Positions 52,099-64,000 of a stretch of 64,000 nucleotides of DNA are shown piece after piece. Numbering within the stretch: the stretch's first letter is position 1; every line of letters begins with the position of its first letter. Where the stretch lies: contig NEEC01000014.1 in NCBI GenBank assembly GCA_002189035.1, positions 744,001-808,000 on the forward strand, given 5' to 3'. The notes under the pieces were generated by a model, which searched no databases, was not told the origin of the DNA, and saw nothing but the letters and a program-made list of their open reading frames with translations. A program made the position numbers and the translations under genes. The DNA is from Utricularia gibba. Taxonomy: Eukaryota > Plantae > Magnoliophyta.

Positions 52099-54014
52099 AT
52101 GCTTCATTTTCGTTCTTCAAGTTCAGATTCCCAAGATTCTTCAATCTCAAGTATGGAAACCGATTCCCGTTCTGAAATTACGCCGAGGATGGCTATCGAT
52201 CGAACTCCGTCGGGGATGCTGCAAATCCGAAGACTCAGAGGATGGCGGTTAACTGAGGAACAGTTCAGGGGGTTCGTCTGGGTTGCTACGTTCATCGCGT
52301 ACGCACCGAGAAACCCCATGAACGTGGTGAAAAGCGTTCTCAATCCGGACCCCGATGGCGTCCCAATGGATTCAAGAAACGAGGCCACAGGATGGGCGCC
52401 GTTCAATGGGGAATACGGGAGTTTGAATTTGGGTTTCCTGGATATGGTGTTTCTTGTTTCCTATTCGGTGTCCGCGTACATCGCAGAGCTTTGGGACTAC
52501 CGATACAATCTTGGTTTATTTCTCACTTTGGGGATGATTGGGAGTGGATTTTCTATAGGATTGATTGGAGCGGGGTACTTCTTGAACATCCATTTTATCG
52601 AATTCTACGTTTTGATGCAAGTGGTTGCAGGGTTTTTTCAAGGAATCGGTGGCCCTGCCGCCGTTGCCGTCATGGAAAACTGGTTTGGAAGGGAACATAC
52701 AGGATCGATCATGAGAGTTTGGGATGCCCACGTTCTGCTCGGAAATATACTTGTCACTCCGCTTGCAACTAGCGTTTTAGAGCTTGGATGGGGATGGTGT
52801 TTTATCCTTATCGGCGCCGTCATCTTTGTCTTCGGGGTTTTAGTGTTTCTGTTCCTGCCACCTTTTCCGGACGGTATCCCGTTAACTTGGCAACCCCATT
52901 GGTCTCTGAGGAGGAAGAAGCTTTGCTTTCTGATGAATCAGAAGGAAGAAACGTGAATATAACACGGGCTATACTCCATAGAAGAAACGTGAATATAACA
53001 GGGACTATACTCCCTAGAAGAAACGTGAATATAACATGGTCAGAGCTCCGTAGAATTCCTGGACTCTTCACATTTGCAGCATCCGTCTTCTTCGCCAAGC
53101 TCGTCGTTTACACAATCATGTATTGGTTGCCGTTCTACCTCAGCCGGATCGGTAATTTTATGTGTACTGGTTTTTTTCTGTTCCATTCTGCCTTCTAACG
53201 ATATGTTTTTTCTGTTTCAGTTGTTGGGGGGAAGCAGTTGTCCGCGCAAATGGCTGGAAATCTATCGGTTCTGTACGACGCCGGCGGAGTGATCGGCGGG
53301 GCCTTCACCAGCTACATTTCCGACAGGTGGGGAGCCAGAGCAGTTACAGCATCAGCCTTCTCCTACATATCAATCCCATCAATGATTCTGTACCAAAGAT
53401 TCGGAACTGTATCTTACGCAATGAACAATGTCCTCTTGCTGCTCACTGGTCTGCTCGTGAACGGCCCGTACGCGCTGATCTCGACCACGGTGGCTCTGGA
53501 TCTCGCCAACCATGTCTTCCTGAGAGGCAACCCACGAGCCTCAGCGACGGTGACAGCAATCATGGATGTAACCGGGTCCATTGGGGCTGCTCTCGGCACT
53601 CTTCTGGCGGGGTATCTTTCTTCTACAGGATGGCGCTTCGTCTTCTACATGCTGGAATCCTGTGCGCTGATGTCAGCTCTGATTTTGAGCCCTTTGTGTG
53701 TCAATGAAGTCCGAATGCTCCTCCTCCGGCGACGCAATGCCCAAGCTGGTACCGGAAATCGACTTTCAGGGTCTGTTTCTATTAAGGGGCTGACCTGTTT
53801 GTTCTCTACTCGTGTTGCAGATCGACAAAGAAGTGACCCTCTTTCTGATGGGAGCGATGCTGCTCTGGATGGGATTGATGCTGCTGTGGATGGGAGTGAT
53901 GCAGCTGAAAGTGGAAGTGATGTTGCTGAATCTGGAAGTGATGCTGCTGTGGAGGAAGCAATGACAGTGCTTACTCTTGACGAAACACCCGGCGAGATCT
54001 GCATGGCGGAATGA
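52099..54014 (+). CDS. Glycerol-3-phosphate permease (G3Pp, MFS OPA/SLC37 family), divergent, with a -1 frameshift at 52878-52880
   Basis: GWAPFNG, LGFLDMVFL, WFG...WDAH..GNI, WGWCF, IPGLFTFAASVFFAKLVVYTIMYWLPFYLS, LYDAGGVIGG, GLLVNGPYALISTTVALDL, ATVTAIMDVTGSIGAA. Intron 53152-53220. Start could be 52099 or a downstream ATG. Confidence 0.88.
52945..53036 (+). repeat. Coding tandem repeat, 36-bp unit, about 2.6 copies
   Basis: GAAGAAACGTGAATATAAC starts at 52945, 52981 and 53017; encodes RNVNITRAILHR / RNVNITGTILPR / RNVNITW. Confidence 0.95.
53847..53951 (+). repeat. Coding tandem repeat, 21-bp unit, 5 copies
   Basis: Units at 53847, 53868, 53889, 53910 and 53931 encode DGSDAAL, DGIDAAV, DGSDAAE, SGSDVAE, SGSDAAV. 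Confidence 0.9.
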
Positions 54015-54603
54015 AGGGGATTCGATTCACATGTTGGAACACACACATACACCATTTTTTTTCACAGAGATGGACTCGAATTCACATCATTGTTTCCTTT
54101 TGTTTTTTTTTTTGACCCTTTTTCTGGGTTTTAGTATCCAATAAAGAGATATTAGTACTTTGGTGCAAACTGAGGATTTTGGGAAGCTTCATCATTTTCC
54201 GACTACACGGAAGCAGTAGCATCGCTTCTCTCTGAGTTTCTCCTCGAGGAGGAAAAGGGTGGCATGTCTGATGCTGAAGATGCGGGATTTCAGGCGAGAG
54301 GAGGATTTTTTTTTTGTGTGCATGTGCACTAGATGTTCGACGAAATGCCAATGAGAATAATTTTTTTTTGGATTACAAGGAGTTGCCTCGTTTACACTAA
54401 CGACTAGCGAGAAGTTCTATTGGTCTCTGAGGTGCAACACAACTTAAAACCTGTCGAGTCCCCATGTACACAGAAGAGTTCAACTGCAACTGCATTGCAC
54501 TCTCTAATCACGCCTTGTCACCTCGCCTAAACCATCAGTATTGACATGGTCTACTGCAACCCAAATAAATCTACACCATCGGAGCCTTTCTCCATGTGCG
54601 GCC

Positions 54604-57600
54604 TTAGCGACCGCTGTTTCCTGATAAAGAAGCAGCAGCAGCAGCTACCATCAGGTTCAACACATCCATGCATGCGTTTTTAGCTAGCAATGGGATCTAA
54701 CATTACCTCTTGCTGTTGTAGTTTTGGTGGGAAGTTTGTCGTGTGAAGAGGACAGGGATTTCGAGATTATCAGTGAACTTTGCAACCCTTCCAGCAGCTG
54801 AAAGAGTCACAATGAAATGACATGTTGTTCAGTTACTGGGAAGTATGGCAGTCAGTAGCAAGGGTGAAAAGGAGCATTACCCTTGATGTTGGTTGGATTC
54901 GACGAACTGATCGACGGGGCTCAGATGCATCTGAGATTAGAGTTTCATCAGATTCTCTCTTCAGTGATCTTCCACTGGGAATTGGAACCTTTTTACGATT
55001 CAATGGTGGCAGAGCCTTTGATGAGAACACCATTGCATCTCCTGAATTTTCATCTTGATTAGAGTTGGACCCATGTTCCACAAGATGCTGCTCCCCCAGT
55101 TCACTCTCGGCACCACTTGCTGAGCCCTTTCCCACATGATCAGATACAGAATCATCGCACTCATCCGGTTTAGAAGCTGTCGAGTCATCTTTCCGCGGTA
55201 AAGTTCTACCAGTATTACTGCTTGCTTTAGCGGATCTGGCAGCCCTTGCTTTACCCTGGAAAGGTTGTTTCTCCTTCACCTCCACTTTTAAACTGGTTTC
55301 AGAACTTTGCGAGCTCCGTCCATGAGGTGCCAAGAACTTCGCCAATCTATCTGAATCACTGGAAAGTTTAGACTTCACTCCTGGTTCTGAGACATAATGC
55401 TTGCTCACTTCCATGAATTTTCTCTTCTTCCCAGGCTTCGGGACACCAAAGACAACTCTTGATCTTTCTTTCTCGAGACTGGACCTTGTTCCCCGGATGG
55501 CTTTGGGCTTATTTCCCTCTGCTTGTCTTCCAATGCTGAACTTTTTCTCATCGGCAGACAGTGGCAAAGTGGGTCGTTCTGTTCCATGAGCTTCTGCAGC
55601 ATCAGCATCACCGATCTGCTTACCTTTATCGGTTATTTCGCTTGCAACCTTTGCCCTCTTCTTAGCTGGTGTGTCCCCTGAAATGTCGAAAAAGGGAAGT
55701 CAAGGAATGAATGAAGCAAACCTCAAATCGCATACACCAAATCAGCAAGAAAAGAACCTTGAATGTAGTGTTGCTCCCCAGTCTTGGAACTTCGACCCAT
55801 CGAGTGCCATCCCAGTTCAAAGTTGGCCGTAAGTGCCACACTTTAACTAATGTGGTCTGTTCTTGATCTGCAAACAATACGAATGGTATTTCAAAGTTTG
55901 AAATGATCATATAATGATGCAGTACCAAAGAAGTATAAAAACATACCTGGGAACTTGATACGCATTGCGGATTCGTCCTTTTTATTCTTCTCTGAGATGA
56001 TGCCTTCACACCAGCTAAAAGCAACAGGAAACGCAAAAGAACTTGAATCAATTCAAAAAAAAAAAAAAAGAATAAACAGAATGTGTACTTGTGAATTACA
56101 GCACTGGGTTAGTATGAGATACATATAGCCTGTTTACGAACCGAAGAAAACATGAGAAGTCAGGTAGAATATTCGGATTTTTCTTACCAGTTGTCCATCC
56201 ACACATCAACTCTATCTCCTAGTGACCAGTTATAATCCCTGCTAGCATCTCTTGGCCTCTTCTTTGCTCTTTCATGAGGAACAGACGAGAGTGGGTGAGG
56301 GGTACGCACTCTTGGTGCATTATTGTCCTTGGGACACAGGGATACCCATTCCTTCAGCTGCTCAGAACCTATTGAGATAGCATCTAAAATTGGTTAAAAG
56401 GGGAACTGCTACTTCAGTCAATCATGCTAGAGAAGCTGACACAAGTTTCTTCATCATGTCTCAGAATACAGAAGTGATCATTATTAGCAATAAAACCAAA
56501 TACTTCAGCGACAGCACAGCACATTGCTTTCCCGGAATGCTCTGTTGACTTAACTAACTGAATCCAAGGATGCAGTGTTGTTTGGGAACCCGTTAGAGCA
56601 TCATTAATTCTCAAGATATTCAGAGCGATAAAAGTTTTGTTCAGGCTAGTTGTGCTTAACGAACTGAGATACCTTCTGTGGACTGTATGTCAGTGTAGCA
56701 AACAAGGACTTCCCCCTCCCTAAAGCCCAGTACAGTGGCTGAAAACCAGGCTTTCTTTGAATCAGTGCTATCCCTAAGGACCTGAATGCATGGATCATTG
56801 AGCAGAGAGCATCAATTGAGGATTAAATGTTAATGTCATAACGCAAAACAAAGCATTATTTCAGGCAAGGCAACAAAACAAACCTCAACACGTGCGCCCT
56901 CTTGTATGCCTGACGCACCAAGCGCATCTGATAGGGAATAAAAAAGCTCATCAGAATTTGAAAATATTAACTTCTTCAAATGTTATGTGGTCTGTGCACT
57001 AAAGTTCCAAGCTATTCAAAGAAAACATCCTCATGCGTACAGGAATTAATATCCCTAAACATGATGATCAACTCCTGTCTTGGTAGTTCATCTTGAATTG
57101 CAGGTATAATGATCAGTAAGTCAGGAATCCTTACCAGTTTCCTCGGTGCCCTTGTAATTTGGTTTTGAGACAGGATTCGATTCCAGCTGTGGGTCCTTCC
57201 AGTAATTATCAGGCCCAGCTTCCACCAGTTTCCTCGAAGACAAAAGGTTTGTCATAGCCACAATTTTTCCTGCATGTGAAACAGCCTCAGCAGCCAATTC
57301 TGCAGCCTTCACAATAGCATCAAGATTTTCTGCATGTCTCGTGGCAGCAGAAGCAGCCTCTATTCTTTTTCGTGCAGCCTCTCTGGCAGCAGGTATACCC
57401 AAAGTAGAATGGTTCAGACCATTAAAGATAGATGCAGTTGATGCACTAATTAAAGTATTTGTGGAGCTTGAAACCAAATTTGAATCATATACGGCGGTTT
57501 TGGCAGTTTGAGACATGATTAGTGCTTCTTCAAACATTTGCTTTTCATGTGCTGCTACATTTTCCGCAATCTTAGCAGCTGCAGCAGCTGCCTTGGCTAC

Positions 57601-60600
57601 AGAAGCTGCAGCAGCTATTGCAGCAGCAGCCAATGCCAACTTGGAATCTACATCTAAGTCCACACCCGAGGTACTTTGCCGATCCAGTTGATTCCACACA
57701 CTCTCGCAGTATGCAACAGCAGAAGCAGCACTAGCTTCTGCCTCATGAGCTTGTAGTGTAGCCTCCTCGGATTTTTTAAAACTCTCAGCATTTAGTGCTC
57801 TACCATGTCCAGATAAGTCAGCTCTTCTCAGGGTATCACCAGAGACTGATGGTGGGTTCAAAGAGAAAAATGGGCTGGTTGAGCTCTTTGGCATGTGCAT
57901 GCTAGGGGTCGCAACAGTAACAGAAGTAGAATAATGGCTACCAATGGCAGCCATATGCATTGGCTCACCACGAGTATGAGGAACGAAAGAAATTTTCCCA
58001 GAATCTTCAACCCCAAGGCCTTTCTTTGACGAATAATTACCTACTCCGGTGGTAGGCTTGGGATCCACAAAAGAAGCAATACCAGATACAGGCGGCGGAT
58101 CCGCATGACCAGCAGATTTCTTCCTCTTTCTAGTTGTTTTTTCAGAATTCTGTTCAGATGACACTTTCAAGTTTTTTAGTTCAACAGAAGGTCCAGCAAG
58201 TACATCACTAGGCTGCCCGGGTTGAGCTGCAGGAATGGGGGTAAATTGTTTTAAGCCCACGCCAACAGGCAAGGAAGAATCTGCAATGGGGCCCAGTTTC
58301 AAGGGGAGGTAATTGGAAGTGCAGGATGGCTGGGGCCGAAATCGAAAGGAGAACTTTGTGTAGGGGCAAGCCAGGGCAAGGGAGCTAATGTTGACCAGCT
58401 GCTATTTGCAGCATACTTCCGCACGGGTGGAGTTTGATAATGGTTCAAAGATGAAACAATCTGGTAATCAACAGCACCTACCGTGCTGATGGATGGGTGA
58501 GAATCACCAGATATGGCCCACAAGGGTGATGACAGAGGTATCATTGGATTAACGATAGGAGATGCAGCAATTTTCTTTCTTGAGTGAGTAGCTGCGGAAG
58601 AAAGAACTTCACCTTCAGAAAAACTATGTCTCTGTATGTGATCAGGAGCCTTAGCATCTGGGTTTTCAGTGACAAGATATTATAATCAGGGAAAAGTAAA
58701 ATATAGAAAGCATAAACAAAATAATAGCATTGATTACCTAAACGTGCAGATACAGATGCCTCAACAATGTTAGCCTTCATTGTTCTAACTTTAAGTCTAT
58801 CCACACATCCACGCCACGACATTTCCCAGAGATTCCTGTCTCCATCTTACATTCAAAAAATACAGATTTCCCCATCAGATCCTCTAGCGTGGTAAAAAAA
58901 CTACATGACTCAAAATCAAAAGAGAAATAGGGTTTATGTGGCTAGATTAGGGACAGACATACCAAAGGCTGAAAGCATGCAAGCCTCATCCGGAGCTGCT
59001 CCTTGTCTGGAAGAAAAAATTTAAATCAAACTAAAAATAAATAAGTTGAGTAGCTGAAAAGATTCATGAAATTTCATCTTTCACTTCTTAACATCTCTGA
59101 GTATGTCAAATAACAAAATATTTTGTTTTGTGCCATAGACTCCGATCCAAGAAAATTTAGGGGCATCACTGGAAGTCGGAAAGGGGGCAGGGGGTTGCTG
59201 TGACACTTACATAAGAGATCCATACACAATGATCTGAGCTCGGAGCTGCACCTGCTGCAAGTCTGTGAAAGGCTGCTGAAAAAATATAGATGAAGGAGCA
59301 GAGGTACTAAGATCAGGTAAGCTGGATGCTGGGATGGGTAAAGGCCTAGGCTTAATGCTGGCGTCAAAATTCATAAATTCTCCAGACACTAACGGACTCA
59401 CAAAATGGGATGATTTTTCCAATATCTCAGTTTGCCTCATAGGGGTCGTTTCCTTCATCTGATTTGCACCTTTTGCACCTCCCCTGGTGACCTTACTGCC
59501 ACCACGCCTAGACTTGCGGTTAGAAGGGGCTCTAAGATCTTCAGATGAAGAGCCCAAGCCAGGGGTTGAGGAGCTAACATTGGGAACGATGTTGGACGTC
59601 AAATCATCTGCCTTGCTGCTACCAGATGCCTGTTATACAGTCAGTGATAAGAAGAATAAGATAAACCCCATGGACGTACGGAAACATATGCTCATACAAC
59701 AAGAATCTAACAAAGACAAGTTTACAAGCTTGAGTTGAGGGGTAATTTACATCTTTTCCGAAATCACAAGTAGATTGAGGAGCCATATTCCCATCATTAG
59801 CACTACAGCCTCGTCTTTCTTCAACAAGACTATCTACTTCAGAAGGCTGAGAATTCACCAAAACTTCACCAATTTTGATATTATTTCCCTGAACGGGAAA
59901 GCCATCACAAACCGGATCAGGTGTAGCAGTTACAAAAGTTTTATCTTGTTCCATTCCAGAATGACCGACTGCAAGAAAAAGGATGGCCATTCCTTGGGGT
60001 TACTTGAAGAGCAAACACGAAATTGAGATGTGTACGTAGGCAACGCACACAAAGATTCACAAACTTGGTGACACACTACATAAAATAATTTACCTGAGAA
60101 ATTATTCCCTTTATCATTATTTTCTACCTTTTTCTCTGATTTTGTTTCGATCTCTGCACCTGCAGATTCATGATGTGCTGCTGAGCTGCTGCCGGATGGT
60201 TCAATTTTTTTGCTCTCCTCATCAGAGGGTTCACTTGGCACAGATAGAGTAGGATTCTCAGAAAAAAGATTGGCTTCACCACTTTCCATCATTTTCACCA
60301 CCACAGAATCATGTACAGGCACTTCCTCAGACTCGATATATGAATTATTTTCATCTGAACTCAAGCACTCCACTGTAACCGAAGTACCTGTTTTCTTAGA
60401 GAAGTGAGATAGAGTTCCACCACCTGGATCTCTTTTTTGTGTTTCAGAAGATTGCAGGTTAGCACCAGGGGTGGCAAGCATCTCTCCAGCTTCAGCAGAC
60501 GATGCCATACTTTTATCACCAACATCTGAATTCAGCACTGCGTGATAATGTTAAATACTGTGAGAAAAGACCCTAGCAAAAGACATAGGCGTTCAATATA

Positions 60601-62105
60601 CAAGATTGCATACCGTAGCTCAAATTCAAGGTGTCTTCGGTTGATGGTTGTTTCATGCTTTCTACCAAAACATTACAATCATGATCATGCCTCTCTCGAA
60701 TGGCATTGATATTTCTCAAATCTTGCTCAATATCCAACAGTGATTCATCTCCAGCGATGTCACCTATGATGGTGGGATTTTTGGATTTAATCTGACTTTC
60801 ATCATCATTGATATCCCTTTGACCATCCATCTTAATTGGAAATGTGGCAGCTTTGCATAACCCAGATGGCATGAGAGAAGAACGGTGAGCATCAAGAGAG
60901 GTGTTGATAGCATGAGAAATGTTTCCGTCAGTAAAGGAGCTCTTTTCTTCATCAGATAGTTTAACAACAGGATCTTGCATCAGATCAACGTCAGCGCAAA
61001 CTGTGATAGAGCCAGGCATACTGTTTGTAATTTCCATTACTTCTCCATCTTCTGCTGCACTAGGATCCTCAGAGACCTGATTAACCTCTGTAGCAGGAGA
61101 CAGACTCATACTTTCATATGAAGCATCACCAATAGTTTTAGTATCTATCGCAACATCCTTGCTCTGATCAATTTCCACTACAGATACTCCAGTAGCATCG
61201 TTAGATGAAGGTTCTCCACAAACAGAATCTGGCATTTCAACTTGAAACTCTCTTTCTGTGTCATCAACTTCGACACCCATAACCCTGTCTTCCATGGTGG
61301 ATTCTATTCTAGTAACGACTTCCTGAGATGGAAATTCATTGTTATCAATCAATTTGCCTTGAACCTGGAAATTTACGTTCACTGGATTAGAAACAGATTC
61401 ATTTTCCATGGCACGAGTCTCACCATGATCTCTGTCTGTTTTCAACGCCTCAATTGCAGAACTTTCAGTCACTGCCAGTAAATTACTCTCTTCAGCGACA
61501 ACAAGTGGGTCATCAGAAGAGCACTCAGAGAGCTGAGCTCCCAAAGTATCTTCCACGTGGTTGCCAACAATTCCCGAGTTCAGGATCGGTGTAGAAACAT
61601 TCCCTTCAACTTCAATAGGAGGTAATGAGGAATTTCCGCCACTAGAATCTCTATTTATATCATCTTTCATCAAAGGATTATCCATGTCTTCGGTGGAGGT
61701 ACCTTGTTCATTTAACGTATTCGATTCCTGCATCAAACTTTCAACTGGATCTGTTTCTTCTTGCACAACAGCCTTCAATAACATTTCGACAGATTCAGAC
61801 GATGTTGCTTCAGACCAGACATTGATACGACTAGGCAAAGAGCAAGATTCTGGTGCCCTGGAGCTGAACTCGATTCCATTACCTGGATGAGAAAAATCTT
61901 CTATCCAACGATTGTCTTCGTGGCTTGTAATACCAAGAAAAGCTTCGCTTTCCACTAAACTGTCAAATCTTAAATGCCCATGAAGACTGTCATCAAAATC
62001 AAACTTTGGAAGCGGATATGGTCTCAAAGCAGAGGAATCCTTGGAGCTCTCTTCACCAGCTAACTGAAAGTCCTGTCCTTCGAAGTCATTTTCATTGTAG
62101 TCCAT
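54604..62105 (-). CDS. SWO1: Agenet/Tudor-domain protein G2484-1 / SWOLLEN1-like, with a -1 frameshift at 58303-58306
   Basis: Diagnostic N-terminus MDYNENDFEGQ...LRPYPLPKFDFDDSLHGHLRFDSLVESEAFLGI...NVWSEATSSESVEMLLKAV; FQQPFTDLQQVQLRAQIIVYGSL|..APDEACMLSAF; AREAARKRIEAASAATRHAENLDAIVKAAELAAEAVS; VVFGVPKPGKKRKFMEVSKHYV; EPRRSVRRIQPTSR|LLEGLQSSLIISK; inferred last exon GNSGR*. Confidence 0.92.
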
Positions 62106-63343
62106 TGGTATGTCCCTGAAATTCGCACAAACTCATTATGGAAATTTGAAACCGCTGCTATGATACATCAACACAGGTTCCATCTGCTTAGATAATCATA
62201 ATACCGATGTGGGACCAAGCTAAGTTGTCAAATTACACAAAAACCTGCTCAACTAATCACATCTTCGATAACATGTCGAGCCAAAAATTCCCTATGCTGA
62301 AACAGACAACTTAGAAATTCTAGGAATACGGGAAGTGAATCAGGCGTTCCACACCAGTATTAGCTGCCATAGGTTCCAGAAACACCCCAAACACAACACC
62401 CACCAACACTAGAACACGAAAAAAATCATCAACAGCCTCGACCACAAGCACCGCACGAAAAGGGTATCTCATGAACGTATCCATAGTGAAACAACAAAAA
62501 ATAAAAGAGGAAATGAAGAGTACCAGAAGAAATGAGTGTAGAGACGCTACCTCCATCCATCCGAAGGCGAAAAGCTCACCTTTAATCCTCTCTCAAATCA
62601 ACAGCCACACAGCACCAACACCTTCCTTCATAACCCTAGCGACTCCAATTCTTGCTCCACAAAACCAAAAGAAACACCGCCTTCCACCTCAATAAACCAA
62701 AATCCAAGCCCCCAGAACTATGAACTCCAACCCAGAGAGCACTAACGACTTCTGCGAGAACGGGTGCCGCGCGCGAAGCTTGCGTCAGGGAAAGAAGAAA
62801 AACCACTACACTTCCCCAAAATCAATGCACTAAAAGGGACACATCGGCATCAGTGTTTATGTTTAGTTAATGGGGGCAGTCCTGGTAAACACAGAAGGAT
62901 TAACTTGTCCAATTCGAAATACTAGTGGGGGCAGTTCCGGTAAAACAAAAGATTAGCTTATTATTAGTTATTAGAATTAATAAAATATTTAGTAATTAAT
63001 TTACAGAGTTAATATATTGACTATTAATTTATAACCTAACTAAAAAAAAGAAAAATGAAACAAAGAAGACGGGGAGGGAACTTGACGGCGGGCGAGATGA
63101 GATGAAGCTGTTCGAGAGATGAAAAGAGGAGCAGGAAAAGGGAATTGAAAGAGAACCCATTTTGTTTGGTCTCAACAATATTGGACGCAAGTGAATCGAT
63201 CGATCTATCGATCTATAATGCCGGTAAGCACAATCCCTTTTGATGCGATGGCCGGATCCAAATGTATAGGATTCGATTGGTAGGGATTTTTGTATCACGA
63301 AAGATTTGAATTTGACTTGATGCAGTTTAGGAGCGGTGTGTTT

Positions 63344-63703
63344 ATGGAGGTTGAGTCTCCGAGCATCATGAGGTTTTTGATCGGAGCTGTGATAATGATC
63401 CTGGGTGTGGTGTTTCCTGTGGGCTATATGATGTCTCGGAACAAAAGAGTTCCTTCGACTTCTTACTCCAAACAGACGTAGGTGTGCTTTTCTCACATGA
63501 TTAGATAACCATTCATGATTTTTTGAATGGTTCAGTTTTTAAATCGATATTGGGTGGTTTATGCTTCTGATTGGTTCTGCGCGTGGTGAATCGTTTGACT
63601 GTTGGGAAATTTGCTATCTTGATATGGCTGCGCTGGGAAAGGTAGCATTTTGGCTTATTGGTTTTGGATTGAATGCATATGTAGGGACAAGGTTTTGATC
63701 TGA
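63344..63703 (+). CDS. Small single-pass membrane protein (50 aa, 2 coding exons)
   Basis: Exons 63344-63477 and 63685-63703 give MEVESPSIMRFLIGAVIMILGVVFPVGYMMSRNKRVPSTSYSKQT|DKVLI*. Upstream GTAAG...TGCAG 5'UTR intron at about 63224-63325. Confidence 0.8.
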
Positions 63704-64000
63704 GCAGTTCAGGGTGGCTGGAGATCACATTTTCAACATTTGAAGACGGCTACTTGATTTGTAGTATATGTAGGAGTTCAAGAAATCAAGCAACCTAGTT
63801 TGAATTGAGGATTAATTAACAAGGTACTCTGAGAACCATATAGATTTCAACAAAATACTCGAATGCTTTGATAAAAAAGCATGTTCATTTTCAGAACCTT
63901 CGCCCTGAAAATCTGTTCCGCTGGATTCTTCAATCTTGCATATCTTACATTTGTATGAATGCTATGGTTGAATCTTATGAAATACATTGTTTTGCATACT

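Noticed and set aside
62320-62556. 78-aa hydrophobic ORF in the SWO1 leader
   Set aside because: Lies in the probable leader intron, and its frame is broken in the duplicate copy by T-run length change.
1-64000. Many short antisense or alternative-frame ORFs in the supplied track; tRNA, rRNA, snRNA (USE/TATA), CRISPR, transposase or RT genes
   Set aside because: The short ORFs are shadows of the genes listed. No diagnostic sequence for the RNA genes, arrays or autonomous elements was seen by eye; tRNAscan-SE, Infernal and RepeatMasker would be the definitive checks.

Overview
Gene-dense plant (angiosperm, eudicot-like) nuclear DNA with GT-AG introns and about 20 protein-coding loci. In order: AP-3 beta adaptin (+), DUF604/fringe-like glycosyltransferase (+), RBR E3 ligase with an in-frame stop (+), a 79-aa three-exon protein absent from the ORF track (+), a small secreted/TM protein (-), symplekin (-), an S-group bZIP (-), a plant-specific small protein (+), SOFL (-), palmitoyl-protein thioesterase (-), a three-dsRBD DRB4-like gene (-), a DeSI/PPPDE peptidase (-), GCP6 (-), TRM8 (+), an SMPD4-like gene (-), a divergent glycerol-3-phosphate permease (+), the Agenet-domain gene G2484-1/SWO1 (-) and a 50-aa membrane peptide gene (+). 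The most striking structure is a ~0.96 kb direct duplicate (39259-40223) of the promoter, 5' leader and first 68 codons of SWO1 (61900-62948). It sits ~47 nt upstream of the DRB start codon, apparently replacing the DRB promoter and adding several uORFs. Five genes, including conserved GCP6 and SWO1, carry single-base deletions in short G/C runs, which most likely reflects consensus errors rather than pseudogenes. No tRNA, rRNA, CRISPR array or autonomous transposon was recognised. The species cannot be determined from this window.
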